Positions 1 through 11,216 of a DNA stretch of 64,000 nt are shown here, in pieces. Within the stretch, counting starts at the first letter, position 1. Every line of letters begins with the position of its first letter. Origin of the DNA: an uncultured delta proteobacterium (GTDB lineage Bacteria > Desulfobacterota > Binatia > UBA9968). The notes beneath the pieces were generated by a model. The model was not told where the DNA came from. It ran no database searches and was given only the letters and a program-made list of their open reading frames with translations. The stretch is from NCBI GenBank assembly GCA_963745835.1, contig CAVUZH010000016.1, positions 320,001-384,000 on the forward strand, read 5' to 3'. The translations under genes were made by a program, and so were the position numbers.

Positions 1-84
1 TATGGAAATCACCACCGAGTTGCGGCCAAATTCGACGGCAAGATTATCGCTTGACAATACCTAGTTGCTCCCTAATAAAGACGT

Positions 85-1920
85 ATGACGCAAACCCAGA
101 ATCGTCGCGATGACCTTCGCAACATAGCTATCATCGCTCACGTCGATCACGGCAAAACAACTCTCGTAGACGCGATGTTGCATCAAAGCGGCATCTTCCG
201 GGCCAACGAACACGTGGCCGAGCGAGTGATGGACTCCATGGACCTGGAGCGCGAACGCGGCATCACGATCATGGCCAAGAACACGACAATCCATTACGGC
301 AATACTAAAATCAATATCGTCGATACCCCGGGCCACGCGGACTTCGGCGGCGAAGTCGAGCGCACCTTGGCAATGGTCGACGGAGTGATGCTGTTGGTCG
401 ATGCCTCCGAAGGGCCGCTGCCACAAACCCGTTTCGTGTTGAAGAAGGCGCTCGAATCCAAGTTGCCCCCGATTATCTGTATCAATAAGATCGATCGTCC
501 GGATGCGCGTGTTGCCGAGGTGCTCGATGAAATTGTCGATTTGTTTATCGACTTGGATGCAACCGAAGATCAACTCGACTTTCCGGTGGTCTATACCAAT
601 GCGCGGGCGGGCACAGCCACGCGCGATCTGAAGCGGCCCGGCGAAACTCTGAAACCTTTGTTTGAGTTGATTGTGCAAGTCTTACCGGGACCCAGCGTCG
701 ATCCCGCAGCCGTCACACAGTTTCAAGCCAACAACTTAGATTATAGCGACTATGTCGGACGCCTGGCGGTAGGCAGGGTCAAAAACGGCACGTTGACTCC
801 GGGTCAGTATACGCTTTGCCGGGTAGACGGCAAGCAAGAAATCGTCAAGGTGACTCAGGTTTATGGCTGGCAAGGATTGAAGCGGGTCGAGATTCCAAAA
901 ACGGAAGGCGGCGATATCGCTGCCGTCGCCGGCATTGAGGACATCGGTATCGGTGACACGATCACCGATCGCGAAAACCCCCATCCGCTACCGCCGCTGC
1001 GCATCGACGAACCGACGATCGCCATGGTTTTCAGCGCCAACAATTCGCCCTGGTCCGGCCGGGAGGGCGAATTCGTGACGTCGCGCAAGTTGCGCGAACG
1101 ACTTTTCTTCGAGCAACGCCGCAATGTCAGCCTTCGGGTCGAAGAAACGGACGTACCCGACGCATTCAGAGTCACTGGTCGCGGTGAATTTGCCCTGGCC
1201 ATTGTCATTGAAACAATGCGTCGTGAAGGATATGAGCTCCAGGTCTCAAAACCTACGGTTGTCACTCGAGAAATCGATGGCGTCACCCAAGAACCGATGG
1301 AGCTGCTGGTCATCGACGTACCAGAGGACTTTATCGGCGTGGTATCGCAGCTGCTTGCTGTTCGGAAAGGCAAGATGACCAAAATGATTCACGCCGGATC
1401 GAGCCGCGTGCGTTTGGAATTCGCCGTTCCGTCGCGCGGTCTGATTGGATTTCGCTCCCGTTTTTTAACCGACACTCGCGGCACCGGCATCATGAACGCG
1501 CTCTTCAATGGTTGGACGCCGTGGCACGGCCACATTCAATCGCGGACCAATGGCGCCATGGTCGCGGACCGCGAAGGCCCAACGACCCCATACGCCGTTT
1601 TTCACCTGCAGGAACGAGGCGTGCTTTTTATCGCGCCCGGCACAAAGGTGTATGAAGGTATGGTTGTCGGCGAGTATTCACGGGAGAACGATCTCAACGT
1701 GAATATCTGCCGCGAAAAGAAACTCACGAATATCCGAGCCGCCGGCAAGGATGAAAACATCTTGATTTCACCGCACCGCGAAATGGGTTTAGAAGAAGGA
1801 ATCGAATGGATCGCGGATGATGAACTCGTCGAAGTGACCCCGGAATCGATCCGCCTGCGCAAGAAAATCCTCAGGCAGACCGATCGACCCAGGCGCCGAC
1901 AGGAAAAAGACGACGAATGA
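85..1920 (+). CDS. typA: Translational GTPase TypA/BipA
   Basis: 611 aa; [40 protein letters not shown]; BipA-type C-terminus ([13 protein letters not shown]). Confidence 0.97.
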   Translation: MTQTQNRRDDLRNIAIIAHVDHGKTTLVDAMLHQSGIFRANEHVAERVMDSMDLERERGITIMAKNTTIHYGNTKINIVDTPGHADFGGEVERTLAMVDGVMLLVDASEGPLPQTRFVLKKALESKLPPIICINKIDRPDARVAEVLDEIVDLFIDLDATEDQLDFPVVYTNARAGTATRDLKRPGETLKPLFELIVQVLPGPSVDPAAVTQFQANNLDYSDYVGRLAVGRVKNGTLTPGQYTLCRVDGKQEIVKVTQVYGWQGLKRVEIPKTEGGDIAAVAGIEDIGIGDTITDRENPHPLPPLRIDEPTIAMVFSANNSPWSGREGEFVTSRKLRERLFFEQRRNVSLRVEETDVPDAFRVTGRGEFALAIVIETMRREGYELQVSKPTVVTREIDGVTQEPMELLVIDVPEDFIGVVSQLLAVRKGKMTKMIHAGSSRVRLEFAVPSRGLIGFRSRFLTDTRGTGIMNALFNGWTPWHGHIQSRTNGAMVADREGPTTPYAVFHLQERGVLFIAPGTKVYEGMVVGEYSRENDLNVNICREKKLTNIRAAGKDENILISPHREMGLEEGIEWIADDELVEVTPESIRLRKKILRQTDRPRRRQEKDDE

Positions 1921-1933
1921 TGCCGATGTAAAG

Positions 1934-2296
1934 TTACTCGGAGTGTAATGCGACACGGTTCCCTTCGCTGTCCAAAATAACACATCGGAATCCGAACGGT
2001 CCGATGGCGTGTTTCGGTTGAAGGATTTTGCCGCCGTTAGCAGTCACCGCTGCAATCGCCTCGTCCAATCGTCCGGTGGCATCGAGATAGATCATCACAC
2101 CCTGCGCTGACGGCTTCTCTTCCGGACTTTGAAGTAAGCACCCACCGACCTCCCCGTCATTATGCGGCAGGACAGCAATGGTCATTCCCGGGAGATTCTG
2201 CTTTTTAACTTCCGTGCCTAGTACCGCCGAGTAGAACCTCACCGCCCGGTCCAGTTCGGAAACGGGAATGTCACACCAAACTATTTGATTGGCCAT
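1934..2296 (-). CDS. VOC/glyoxalase family protein
   Basis: MANQIVWCDIPV..LDRAVRFYSAVLG...DSEGNRVALHS; start moved to ATG 2296 behind the GGAGGAG SD. Confidence 0.88.
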   Translation of the reverse strand: MANQIVWCDIPVSELDRAVRFYSAVLGTEVKKQNLPGMTIAVLPHNDGEVGGCLLQSPEEKPSAQGVMIYLDATGRLDEAIAAVTANGGKILQPKHAIGPFGFRCVILDSEGNRVALHSE

Positions 2297-2447
2297 GGGC
2301 TCTCCTCCAAACAAGCTCTGGGCAAAGTCGTTCGCAAACAATATTTAATGCGAAGGCTCGTGTCGAATCCTGTATACCCTGCACTCGCACCAGATGAAAC
2401 GCTGCGGCCATCTGCCAAACCATCGCACGAGATTCAAAGTGCAGAGA

Positions 2448-2696
2448 TCAGAACCAAGTCGTTTTCAATCTGGCCGCTAATTGCCTCGCGCTCAGCCGGT
2501 ATTTGAATGCTTTGCGGCCGTTGATGAACAACACCGGAACCTCTTCTCCATACTTCTGCTTCAGATCAGCGGAGCTATCGATGTCGATCTCCTCAACGTC
2601 TACCGGAGTTCTCTGGGCTACTTGCCGGATGACGGTTTTCATCTCGTCACACAGGCAACAGTCGACTCGAGAGTACAAGACCAATCGATGCCTCAT
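2448..2696 (-). CDS. Glutaredoxin-like protein (DUF836 type)
   Basis: LYSRVDCCLCD CxxC motif, EEIDID, VPVLFING; start overlaps the stop of the upstream AsmA gene. Confidence 0.85.
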   Translation of the reverse strand: MRHRLVLYSRVDCCLCDEMKTVIRQVAQRTPVDVEEIDIDSSADLKQKYGEEVPVLFINGRKAFKYRLSARQLAARLKTTWF

Positions 2697-5600
2697 CTTG
2701 GCGCTGCCTTACTATCCTCCCGTTTTTGATTGTCGCCCAAGCCAATCGCGTTCTTCGGTATTCCGAGAACCCCCCAGAACCATTCGGATAAGGTGCCGAG
2801 CGGTGCCGGCGTAATCGTCGGCTCCTCAATCGGACCCTTGATATTGAAGCTCGCGACTAAGAAGGAGTTCTTTATGGCGGCGATACCACGGCCAAGAAGA
2901 GGTATGTTATTAATCGCTGAATCGATGCCTGCAAACGGTCGCACGGCGATGATAAAATCTATGTCATCTTTCGGCACGTCAATTCTACCGGTGCCGGTCA
3001 TGCGCAGATCATCGCTATCGACGACAAGATTTTGGGTGAAATAAACGCCTTTGTTCACTTTGAAATCAGCGGCGATGGAACGAAAGCGGATGCCGTCTTT
3101 GGTCAAGTCGGGGAGTTGCAACGTAAACCAGCGGGACAGATCGAGTAGATTTAAAATCTGCACCAGAATGCGCATTCGGTGAATAATCCCCTCCTCGATC
3201 TTGAGATTAAAAGCGCCGTTCAGATTCCTTTTGCGTTCGGCATCGTCGTTGCCGGCGGTCTCAAGGTTTCCTGTCAGGTTTACCGTTCCACTCATTTCGG
3301 TCGTGGTCATGTCGAACCAGCGAAGAAACGACTGAACCGGGACCCCTCGAATCTGAGAATCCGCGTCTATGCTCAAGGTATCGGGACGATCCTCAATGCT
3401 CGCCTTGGCCCGCACGGTTCCCCCTGCCGCGCGCGCTGTAAGATTTGACAGACGCCACACCCGGCGATCAATGGTGACGTCACTTTTTAAATCGCCGAAA
3501 TCGATGGCCCTTATTTTTCCATTAGCTACGGCGATGCGGCCTCGGGCCTGCAGATTAGCGTAGAACTCACTCGATTCGGCATCGACCTGGGATAACAGGT
3601 AAGTGAGATCCAAACTCGGCGCCGTGAAGTCGAAAACCAGCTGCGGCCTTTCCGCGTAACGCCATCGGCCACTGACCGCGCTGGGGAATCCAACGAGCAC
3701 GCCCGTGATACTCTGGAAATCAATTCCGCTCTCGTCGAATTTTATGTTTCCATTTAATGCACGGATAGGCTGCAATAACGGCTGAGTGGCGAGCTGAACA
3801 TCAACTAGATCCAAATTGCCGGTAAAGCTCCGTTTGTCCTTGTTGGTCAACGATCCGTGGTACCGGAGCGAGCCGCGCACGATCCCTGGATCGTTGGCCG
3901 ATCCGGACGAAAGTAACAGCCGGGTAATTATCCCGGATTTCATCCCGGTCGAGTCGACGTTGATATCGAAAATGCCCTCTGGCGAGGCGTAATCCCTCAC
4001 TATCAAACCGATCTGGATCGGCGATTCAGAAATCGTCGCGCTTATTTTCTCGGCTTTGATCTCTGTTCCGGTGAAATTGATATCGCCTCGCATCTGGCTC
4101 AAAAGAAAATCGCCCCTGCGCAACTGCGCGTTATCCAAAGTGAGGGTTCCAGTGATTTGCGGCGGCGCCTCTTCGAGTCGCTGTAAAAACAGCTCAGCGC
4201 GAGCCCTGCCGTTTAGTTCTTGAGTATCAGCAACCATCTTAGCTTCTATCGGAAAGACTCCCAGGATCAGTTGCTCTCGTACCTCCGCAAGATCCAGGTC
4301 GCCGCGAGCTTGCAAATTGAGCGCGCGCTCATGGACTGCGTACGTCCCGGCGACCTTGTTCAGCCGTGAATTACCGTAACTTCCATTGATATCGGTCAAC
4401 ATGATCAGATTGTTGTCTAGAGTTATATGGCCTTGAACCAAGCTCAGCGGTAAAGCTCCATCACGGTTGAGCTTCATGCCGAGATTACGCAGCTCCGCCG
4501 CCAACCAGACGCCTTCACCGATGCCGGTCACGGCCCAACGGCGCATCTGTGCAAGAGTCGCATCGATACCGGCCTTCTTAATGATCACTTCACCTTCTTG
4601 AATGCTTGCGAGCAGGCTCTCGACTTGGGGCGCCATGAGCTTTGTTGGAAGAAACTTTCGCACTGCCGCAATCGGCAGCGGCGAGGCCGATAATTGCAAA
4701 TGAAGATGAGAATCATCGTCGGTCGATCGAACTTCGCCCGTAATTGAAACCCTGGTATCACTCGATAGAATATTGAGCCGGGAGAATGCGAGCCGGCGCC
4801 GAGTCCATTCGGCTGCAAAACTCACTTTCGCATCGCCGACGCTCAAAGGCGCAGCAAACAGCTCCGGTTCATCGAGCTCCAGCTGTTTGAATTCGAGATC
4901 ACCGCTGATCTGCAACCGCTCGGACAGGCGACCCTCAACGTGGAGTTGCTGCGCCAGACGCCCGCTCATGGACTTGAACGGAATGCGCCCGCGCCCATAT
5001 TCGATCAATAGATTCGCCGGTAAATCGTTAAACTTTATATCGGCGCTCCACCATGCGTTGCGGAATTCGAAAGCGTCTTGTGGCAAAACCAACTTTCCTT
5101 GCAAGCTCAAGGAGCTGTTCTGGGAATATTTCTCGAGGGTGCCCGTCAACGCAACCTGCAGCGCAAGTCCAGGCGGAAGTTTCTTCGCGCTCTTCAGCAG
5201 ACCTTGGATGAGCTCACTAAGTTGTTGCCCGTCGACACGCTCAATTTCCGCGTCGAAATCGCGCAGGCGTAAGCTGACCGGATTTTCATCCGGAAGCCGA
5301 TCAATCCATTGGAGTTGTGCTTGTTGAATTTTGATGGACCGCAGATCGAACTCGTAATCACGGCTTTTCTGCTGCAAAAAAGGAAGAGCCAGAAGTTTAT
5401 CGAGTAGCGGAATGCGGCCGTCGTTTTCGCGCACGATTTGCGCCACCGGTTTAAGCAGACGAACGTCATAAAAGATGAGCTTTCGTTGCAACAGCGGCAA
5501 CAACGCGACGCGGGCTGTAATCCGTTCAGCAGTTAACAGTGGGTTAGCTGCAGCGGGTTCCGACAATTTCAGATCGCGAAATCCGATTCCCGCAATCCAG

Positions 5601-5782
5601 CCAATATCGAAGTCTGCTGCGCCGAGTTGAACTTCTAATCGGGTCTCCTGCTCGATCTGGCTAATCAGGAATCGGCGAAACTCGCCGATGCGGAGTAGAT
5701 GATAAAACGCCAGACTGCCGATGATCACGAGGAAAATGGATGTCGCCGCAAAGAACACGCAGAGCTTGAGGAGTCTTTTCAT
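2693..5782 (-). CDS. AsmA-like/YhdP-like protein
   Basis: 1029 aa; N-terminal TM anchor, long beta-rich repeats, C-terminal AsmA_2-like signature (IPLLG...FNIKGPIEEPTI). Confidence 0.85.
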   Translation of the reverse strand: MKRLLKLCVFFAATSIFLVIIGSLAFYHLLRIGEFRRFLISQIEQETRLEVQLGAADFDIGWIAGIGFRDLKLSEPAAANPLLTAERITARVALLPLLQRKLIFYDVRLLKPVAQIVRENDGRIPLLDKLLALPFLQQKSRDYEFDLRSIKIQQAQLQWIDRLPDENPVSLRLRDFDAEIERVDGQQLSELIQGLLKSAKKLPPGLALQVALTGTLEKYSQNSSLSLQGKLVLPQDAFEFRNAWWSADIKFNDLPANLLIEYGRGRIPFKSMSGRLAQQLHVEGRLSERLQISGDLEFKQLELDEPELFAAPLSVGDAKVSFAAEWTRRRLAFSRLNILSSDTRVSITGEVRSTDDDSHLHLQLSASPLPIAAVRKFLPTKLMAPQVESLLASIQEGEVIIKKAGIDATLAQMRRWAVTGIGEGVWLAAELRNLGMKLNRDGALPLSLVQGHITLDNNLIMLTDINGSYGNSRLNKVAGTYAVHERALNLQARGDLDLAEVREQLILGVFPIEAKMVADTQELNGRARAELFLQRLEEAPPQITGTLTLDNAQLRRGDFLLSQMRGDINFTGTEIKAEKISATISESPIQIGLIVRDYASPEGIFDINVDSTGMKSGIITRLLLSSGSANDPGIVRGSLRYHGSLTNKDKRSFTGNLDLVDVQLATQPLLQPIRALNGNIKFDESGIDFQSITGVLVGFPSAVSGRWRYAERPQLVFDFTAPSLDLTYLLSQVDAESSEFYANLQARGRIAVANGKIRAIDFGDLKSDVTIDRRVWRLSNLTARAAGGTVRAKASIEDRPDTLSIDADSQIRGVPVQSFLRWFDMTTTEMSGTVNLTGNLETAGNDDAERKRNLNGAFNLKIEEGIIHRMRILVQILNLLDLSRWFTLQLPDLTKDGIRFRSIAADFKVNKGVYFTQNLVVDSDDLRMTGTGRIDVPKDDIDFIIAVRPFAGIDSAINNIPLLGRGIAAIKNSFLVASFNIKGPIEEPTITPAPLGTLSEWFWGVLGIPKNAIGLGDNQKREDSKAAPR

Positions 5783-6006
5783 AGAGATGCGGGGTCAAGA
5801 TCAGTCAATCTCGTTGGCCTTAGTAGTTCACCCGGGGAAGATCCGATCATGCTAGTGGAACTCCACCTGGGGCGCAAGCAAACGGGAGCCAGTGCGAACT
5901 GCTGAAACGTGTATAGATACAACGTCCCCAGTCGAATCATCCAGTTTTGAGACTGATGCGGCAGCTTCTTTGAAGCCTTTCAAGCTCGCATACTAAGCTA
6001 CTCTCC

Positions 6007-6035
6007 TTGACACTCTCTAGTGAACTTGTTAGAAA
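6007..6035 (+). promoter_or_regulatory. Putative sigma70 promoter
   Basis: TTGACA (6007-6012), 17 bp spacer, TAGAAA (6030-6035), upstream of the SD and ATG at 6084. Confidence 0.5.
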
Positions 6036-6083
6036 AAAAGATCCCCCGCGAAGGCAACTGAACATCAACCTCGGAGGAAACAG

Positions 6084-6278
6084 ATGCTTGAGAGAGATGA
6101 GGAGCTGTTAAACAGCAAGCAAGTTGCCGTGATTCTCGACATGAGCCCGGACACCGTGAATGAGTTCGCGCGTAAAAACATTCTGCCTGCCTTTAAGAAA
6201 GGCAAGCAGTGGCGCTTTCGCAAAAGAGATATTTCCGTGTTTTTTAAAAAACAGTCCAGAGATATACGTGACGCCTGA
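6084..6278 (+). CDS. Excisionase-like helix-turn-helix DNA-binding protein (HTH_17)
   Basis: LLNSKQVAVILDMSPDTV...LPAFKKGKQWRF; GGAGG SD. Confidence 0.85.
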   Translation: MLERDEELLNSKQVAVILDMSPDTVNEFARKNILPAFKKGKQWRFRKRDISVFFKKQSRDIRDA

Positions 6279-6307
6279 CATGTACATCTTGGCAAGGGGT
6301 ACTAACA

Positions 6308-6979
6308 ATGGCTGAAATCGAGGCGCATGAAAGCAAAATCTACTCAGAATTTGCTCCACTCTACGACAAAATTTTCGGTAAGATCTTCTACTCTCGCTTG
6401 GAACGCGTCATTGAGGATCTAGAGATTCCGCCAGGCGCAAAGGTTCTCGAGGTCGGTGCCGGAACCGGCACTTCTTTCCCTGCTTATCCTAGTCACTGCG
6501 AAGTTATCGGAATCGATCTGGCGCCCGACATGTTGGTCCGGGCCCGGCAAAAAATCGAGGATCATGGCTGGACCCATCTCAGAGTGATGGAGATGAACGC
6601 ACTCAGCCTTGATTTTCCGGATAACACCTTCGACTACGTGATGGCCTTTCATGTGGTGACCGTTGTCCCCGATCCGATCCAGATGATTTCTGAGGCTAAA
6701 AGAGTCTGCAAGCCCGGCGGATCGATCGTCATCGTTAATCACTTTACCAGCGATGTACCGGTATTGGGCTCGATGACGGAGGCTTTGGATCCGCTCACTC
6801 GCAAACTGGGATGGCGCACCAACTTACGGTTAAAGCCGTTTATTGAGGCGGCGGATTTAAGCGTACAGCGAGCCTACAAGCTTTCAAAAACATCCCTCTA
6901 CACTGTTGTGTTAGGCAGCAAAAGCCGCAACGGCCGCCGTTTTACTAATGGCGCTGCAGCCAAAAACATTCATCACTGA
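6308..6979 (+). CDS. Class I SAM methyltransferase, PmtA-like (phospholipid N-methyltransferase)
   Basis: APLYDKIFG, VLEVGAGTG, GIDLAPDML, VVTVVPDP, RVCKPGG..IVNHF. Confidence 0.8.
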   Translation: MAEIEAHESKIYSEFAPLYDKIFGKIFYSRLERVIEDLEIPPGAKVLEVGAGTGTSFPAYPSHCEVIGIDLAPDMLVRARQKIEDHGWTHLRVMEMNALSLDFPDNTFDYVMAFHVVTVVPDPIQMISEAKRVCKPGGSIVIVNHFTSDVPVLGSMTEALDPLTRKLGWRTNLRLKPFIEAADLSVQRAYKLSKTSLYTVVLGSKSRNGRRFTNGAAAKNIHH

Positions 6980-7102
6980 GTTGTTCAAAGCTGTATTCAA
7001 ACGCGCTCGCTGACCCTATCGGGCCGGGCACTGTCCGATATCCACTAGAAGAACCGAGAGGGGCAACAAGGCTGGAGCAGCAGAACCGCCATTGCCGGAC
7101 TG

Positions 7103-7300
7103 CTAACGATGAAAGTCTTTGGAGTTTTCGTCCTTAGGCTCCTTGACGGAATCCTCACTGTCATCGCTGCTCACCCCTTTTTTGAAGTCCCGAATGGCTT
7201 TGCCTAAGCCACTACCGATCTGAGGCAGCTTGCTGGGGCCGAAGACGACCAGCGCGATAGCCAAGATAATTAACAGCTCTTGCATACCGAGTCCGAACAT
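7103..7300 (-). CDS. tatA: Twin-arginine translocase TatA/E
   Basis: MFGLGMQELLIILAIALVVFGPSKLPQIGSGLGKAIRDFK. Confidence 0.95.
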   Translation of the reverse strand: MFGLGMQELLIILAIALVVFGPSKLPQIGSGLGKAIRDFKKGVSSDDSEDSVKEPKDENSKDFHR

Positions 7301-7308
7301 AAACCCTC

Positions 7309-8745
7309 CTAGTTCTTACGCCTCAAAGCGAAGAATACAGCGTTATCTCCTCGTTGAACAAGAAGCAAGATGCGCTCCCCACGCCTGCCTTGACGCACGG
7401 CGCGTTCGAAATCTTTGACATTGTTGACCGGCTTCTGATTAACCTCCCGGATTACATCCGCAGGCTCCAAACCTACCTGCTCCGCAGGGCTGCCGGATTG
7501 TACTTCCAGAACCAGAACCCCCTTGATAGAGCTCAGTCCCAGACGGCGGGAGCTCTCCGGTGTGATACGTTGAACTCGTAATCCCAGCTCCGGGTCACGC
7601 GCTTCCACCTGCTGGCTGCCATCACCATCATCCGGCAACTCGCCGATGCGAACCGAAACAATTCGCTCGAGTTTCTCGCGTACGATCTTCAACGTGACCT
7701 TATGGCCGGGCGCGGTGTCGGCGATCATAGTGCGAAGATCGGGATTTTTCGAAAGCGGCTTGTTGTTAAATTCAGCGATTACGTCGCCAACCTTGATGCC
7801 CGCTTCTGCGGCTGGGCTATTTTCCGTCACTTCCGTCACTGTTTGTATCTCCCCGGCAAAATGGGACAGTCCCAATGCGGACGCCGCTTGTTGTGAAACG
7901 GCTCGCGCCCGGATACCAAGCCAGCCGCGCACCACTTTGCCGTTCTTTCGGAGTTGATCGGCGACCTTTTTGGCCAGGTCGATGGGAATTGCAAAGCCGA
8001 TCCCGACGTTGCCGCCACTCTGGCTAAAGATAGCACTGTTCACTCCCACCACTTCGCCGACAGCATTGATCAGTGGGCCACCGCTATTGCCGGGATTGAT
8101 CGATGCGTCGGTCTGAATGAAATTATCGTAGGGTCCAGCGCCGATGACCCGGCCTTTGGCGCTGACGATTCCCGCCGTTACTGTATGTTCCAAGCCAAAC
8201 GGATTACCGATCGCCATGACCCAATCACCGACATCCAATTGGCTCGAGGTGCCCAGCCGGGCGAAAGGTAGAGGAACATTGGTCTTCCGAATCTTAATCA
8301 GAGCTAAATCCGTTCTGTCATCCTTGCCGACCAGACGAGCCTCGTATTCAGACTGATCGGCGAGCTTTACTTTAATCGCGTCGGCATTCTTGACGACATG
8401 ATAGCTGGTCAGAATCTCCCCGTCCTTGCTGATTAGAATACCGGACCCGAGACTCCTCTGGCTGGTGTCGCGAGGCTGAGACTCGCCAAAGAAACGATTA
8501 AAGAACTCATCAATCGGATCGCCGGAACCGCCGCGCGGAGCGCGTTGTGCGGTCGTCGAAATATTGACGACGATGGGCATGGTCCGTTTGGCAACAGTGG
8601 CAAAAGTCGGAGGGCGATTTTCCAGCGCCGCCAAAGTAGCCACCGCAGCGCTAGACGACCCATTGCTTTGCGCGGCAATGGCCGGCAGGAAATACCCTAG
8701 TGCCAGGCCAAAGCCGAGCCGATAGACGGATTTAAACGGCGACAT
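7309..8745 (-). CDS. htrA: HtrA/DegQ (Do family) serine protease with two PDZ domains
   Basis: Signal peptide, SLGSG, QTDASINPGNSGGPL, two PDZ domains. Confidence 0.93.
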   Translation of the reverse strand: MSPFKSVYRLGFGLALGYFLPAIAAQSNGSSSAAVATLAALENRPPTFATVAKRTMPIVVNISTTAQRAPRGGSGDPIDEFFNRFFGESQPRDTSQRSLGSGILISKDGEILTSYHVVKNADAIKVKLADQSEYEARLVGKDDRTDLALIKIRKTNVPLPFARLGTSSQLDVGDWVMAIGNPFGLEHTVTAGIVSAKGRVIGAGPYDNFIQTDASINPGNSGGPLINAVGEVVGVNSAIFSQSGGNVGIGFAIPIDLAKKVADQLRKNGKVVRGWLGIRARAVSQQAASALGLSHFAGEIQTVTEVTENSPAAEAGIKVGDVIAEFNNKPLSKNPDLRTMIADTAPGHKVTLKIVREKLERIVSVRIGELPDDGDGSQQVEARDPELGLRVQRITPESSRRLGLSSIKGVLVLEVQSGSPAEQVGLEPADVIREVNQKPVNNVKDFERAVRQGRRGERILLLVQRGDNAVFFALRRKN

Positions 8746-8892
8746 GCTTAGTCTCCCGCTTGCGCGGCCAAAGTGAAGCTCACGATAACAGATTTTTATC
8801 CTGCCTATAAGGGCGCCAATTGGTTAGAATCATTTGCAAATCACCATACCAATGGTTAAGAAGAGACGCGAAGTCGCGCTCCCAAGGACATA

Positions 8893-10245
8893 ATGAAATC
8901 CACTCCCATCGATTACGATACAGTTCGAGAAATGTTGCGCACTGCGACGCCGGATCGCATATTGCGCTTCATCGGCAAAAGCCATCCTGCCGACATTGCG
9001 CTCCTCTTCAAGGGACTGGACCCGACCGAGGTGCGACAATTTTTCGACATCCTCTTCTCCGCTCGTCGAGCCGCCAAAACTCTCACCGAACTACCGCCTG
9101 AGTTGTTGCCCGACATCCTGGCGCTGATCGACGATGAGAAAATCGCCCGTGTCATTGTGCGCGCCGATCCCGACGATGCCGTGACGATTATCGACAGCTT
9201 AACGGAAGAGCGCCGTGAATCTGTTTTGTCGTTACTGGATCCCGAGCGCCGCGAGGAAGTGCGCGAGCTGATCAGCTATCCCGAAGGCACCGTTGGCAGA
9301 ATCATGAACACGGAATTTATGGCTTTGGCGCCCACCACTACGGCTCAAGGCGCCATTGATAAAATCCGTGAACGCGGCGAGCTTGAGAGTTTTTTCTATC
9401 TTTACGTCGTCGACCACGAGAACAAGTTAGTCGGTGTCGTGCCGATTCGCAATTTAGTCATCGCACCCCGTGATCGCACATTAAGCGAGATGATGATTGC
9501 GGACCCGCTAAAAGGCGATGTCTTCATGGACCAGGAAGAAGCGGCCCGCATCGTCGCGAAATACGAGCTTTTAGCCTTACCGATCGTCGATGAGGGCGGT
9601 CGATTGGAAGGCATCATCACGGTCGACGACGTCATCGATATCATCAACGAGGAAAGCACCGAAGACATGTACAAGATGGCCGGCTTAGCCGAGGAGGATC
9701 GAGTTTTCACGCCGATCTCCCGGTCGGTTAAGATGCGGCTCCCATGGACGATGCTGAATTTGCTGACGACGGGGTTGGCAGCGTCAGTAGTGACGATCTT
9801 CCAAGGCACGATCACGGAACTTGTCGCCCTGGTAACGTTTATGCCGATTGTCGCGGGAGTTGGCGGCAACGGCGCGACTCAAACCGCGACGGTAATTATT
9901 CGTGGCATTGCGCTTGGCGAGCTTGAATTCTCGTCCGCGTGGAAAGCGATCGTCAAGCAGGTTTCCGTTAATGTTTGTCTCGCTGTTGCGGCGGGCGCCG
10001 TGATCGCTCTGATTGCGGCCTTGTGGCAGGGGAATCCAACTCTGGGATTCGTGCTCGCCGTTGCGATGATACTGAATCTGGGCCTGGTCGCCGGGCTCTC
10101 GGGAGCAGTCATCCCGCTGCTGTTAAAAGCGATGAAATTCGATCCGGCGCTGGGTTCCGGGATCGTGGTAACCGGCCTTACCGATGCGTTTGGCTTTCTT
10201 TCTTTCCTCGGCCTAGCGACGTTGTTTATTCATTACCTGACTTAA
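8893..10245 (+). CDS. mgtE: Magnesium transporter MgtE
   Basis: HPADIA N-domain, CBS pair, MPIVAGVGGNGATQ, DPALGSG. Confidence 0.95.
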   Translation: MKSTPIDYDTVREMLRTATPDRILRFIGKSHPADIALLFKGLDPTEVRQFFDILFSARRAAKTLTELPPELLPDILALIDDEKIARVIVRADPDDAVTIIDSLTEERRESVLSLLDPERREEVRELISYPEGTVGRIMNTEFMALAPTTTAQGAIDKIRERGELESFFYLYVVDHENKLVGVVPIRNLVIAPRDRTLSEMMIADPLKGDVFMDQEEAARIVAKYELLALPIVDEGGRLEGIITVDDVIDIINEESTEDMYKMAGLAEEDRVFTPISRSVKMRLPWTMLNLLTTGLAASVVTIFQGTITELVALVTFMPIVAGVGGNGATQTATVIIRGIALGELEFSSAWKAIVKQVSVNVCLAVAAGAVIALIAALWQGNPTLGFVLAVAMILNLGLVAGLSGAVIPLLLKAMKFDPALGSGIVVTGLTDAFGFLSFLGLATLFIHYLT

Positions 10246-11216
10246 ATCTCAGCGCTGACCGTGCTTGCGGGCGCGGAACCTTTCTTGACCAGAAAGAGTA
10301 CTCCGCCAATCAAACTATCCACCGCGACGATGAGGAACAATAATAAGCCGAAGGCGATGCCCTGTTCGGAGTTGATACCGATCAATGCAAGCAGAAAGAT
10401 ATATCCGCCCTCGCGCAAGCCAAAACCGTTAACGCTGATCGGCAGCGCCGAAAAGGTTCCGACCAAGGGATAAACGATGATGCAAAAAGATAGCGGCAGA
10501 CTCAGGTGAAGGGCCCACCCCATGATCACATGCAAATAGGCTTGAACCAGGTGAACCATGAACGACAGAGTGATCGCTTGGGGAATGACGCGCCAGCCCC
10601 TGCGGTAGCTTGTCAGAATCATACGCAACTTGGTAACCCACGGATGCGCATCCCCGGGCAGCACGCGCCGAACCAGAGGCAGGAGCAAGCCAACGATCAA
10701 AAAGCCGGCCGCCAAGGATAAGGTCAGTGCGCGTATCGGAGGAGGAACTCCATATTGAGGGAATAAGAGAAGACCAACTGCGCCAAGCCAGATAAGCACC
10801 ACCATGCCGATGGCGCGGTCCATCAACACCGAAACTGCGGCTTGAATGGTGCTTCCGGATGCGTGCTTCTGGTGGTCTTTGTTCTGCTCCCTGGCAAGAT
10901 AGTAGACACGGCTGACGTCTCCGCCCACCGTGCTCGGCGCGAATAGATTGAAAAACATGCCGATAAAATAGTAAGCGGCCAGATCCTTGTACGGGGTGCT
11001 GATGCCCAGCGGGCGGGTCAACACGGTCCATCTCAGAGCGCTAACTATTTGGGTGCCAAGATATATCACCAAGGCCAAGGCGATATAGGAAAAGTTCGCT
11101 GACGCCAGCGTATGGGCAAATTGTTCGCCGTCAATGCGCGTTACCAAATAGCCCAGCAGCCCGACGCTGACCAAGAGCTTGAGGGAAAACAACAGGATGC
11201 TCTTGCGGTTTTTCAT
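10242..11216 (-). CDS. Lysylphosphatidylglycerol synthase TM-domain (UPF0104) flippase-like protein
   Basis: ALRW, GMFFNLFAPSTVGGD, LPISVNGFGLREG; multiple TM segments. Confidence 0.88.
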   Translation of the reverse strand: MKNRKSILLFSLKLLVSVGLLGYLVTRIDGEQFAHTLASANFSYIALALVIYLGTQIVSALRWTVLTRPLGISTPYKDLAAYYFIGMFFNLFAPSTVGGDVSRVYYLAREQNKDHQKHASGSTIQAAVSVLMDRAIGMVVLIWLGAVGLLLFPQYGVPPPIRALTLSLAAGFLIVGLLLPLVRRVLPGDAHPWVTKLRMILTSYRRGWRVIPQAITLSFMVHLVQAYLHVIMGWALHLSLPLSFCIIVYPLVGTFSALPISVNGFGLREGGYIFLLALIGINSEQGIAFGLLLFLIVAVDSLIGGVLFLVKKGSAPASTVSAEI

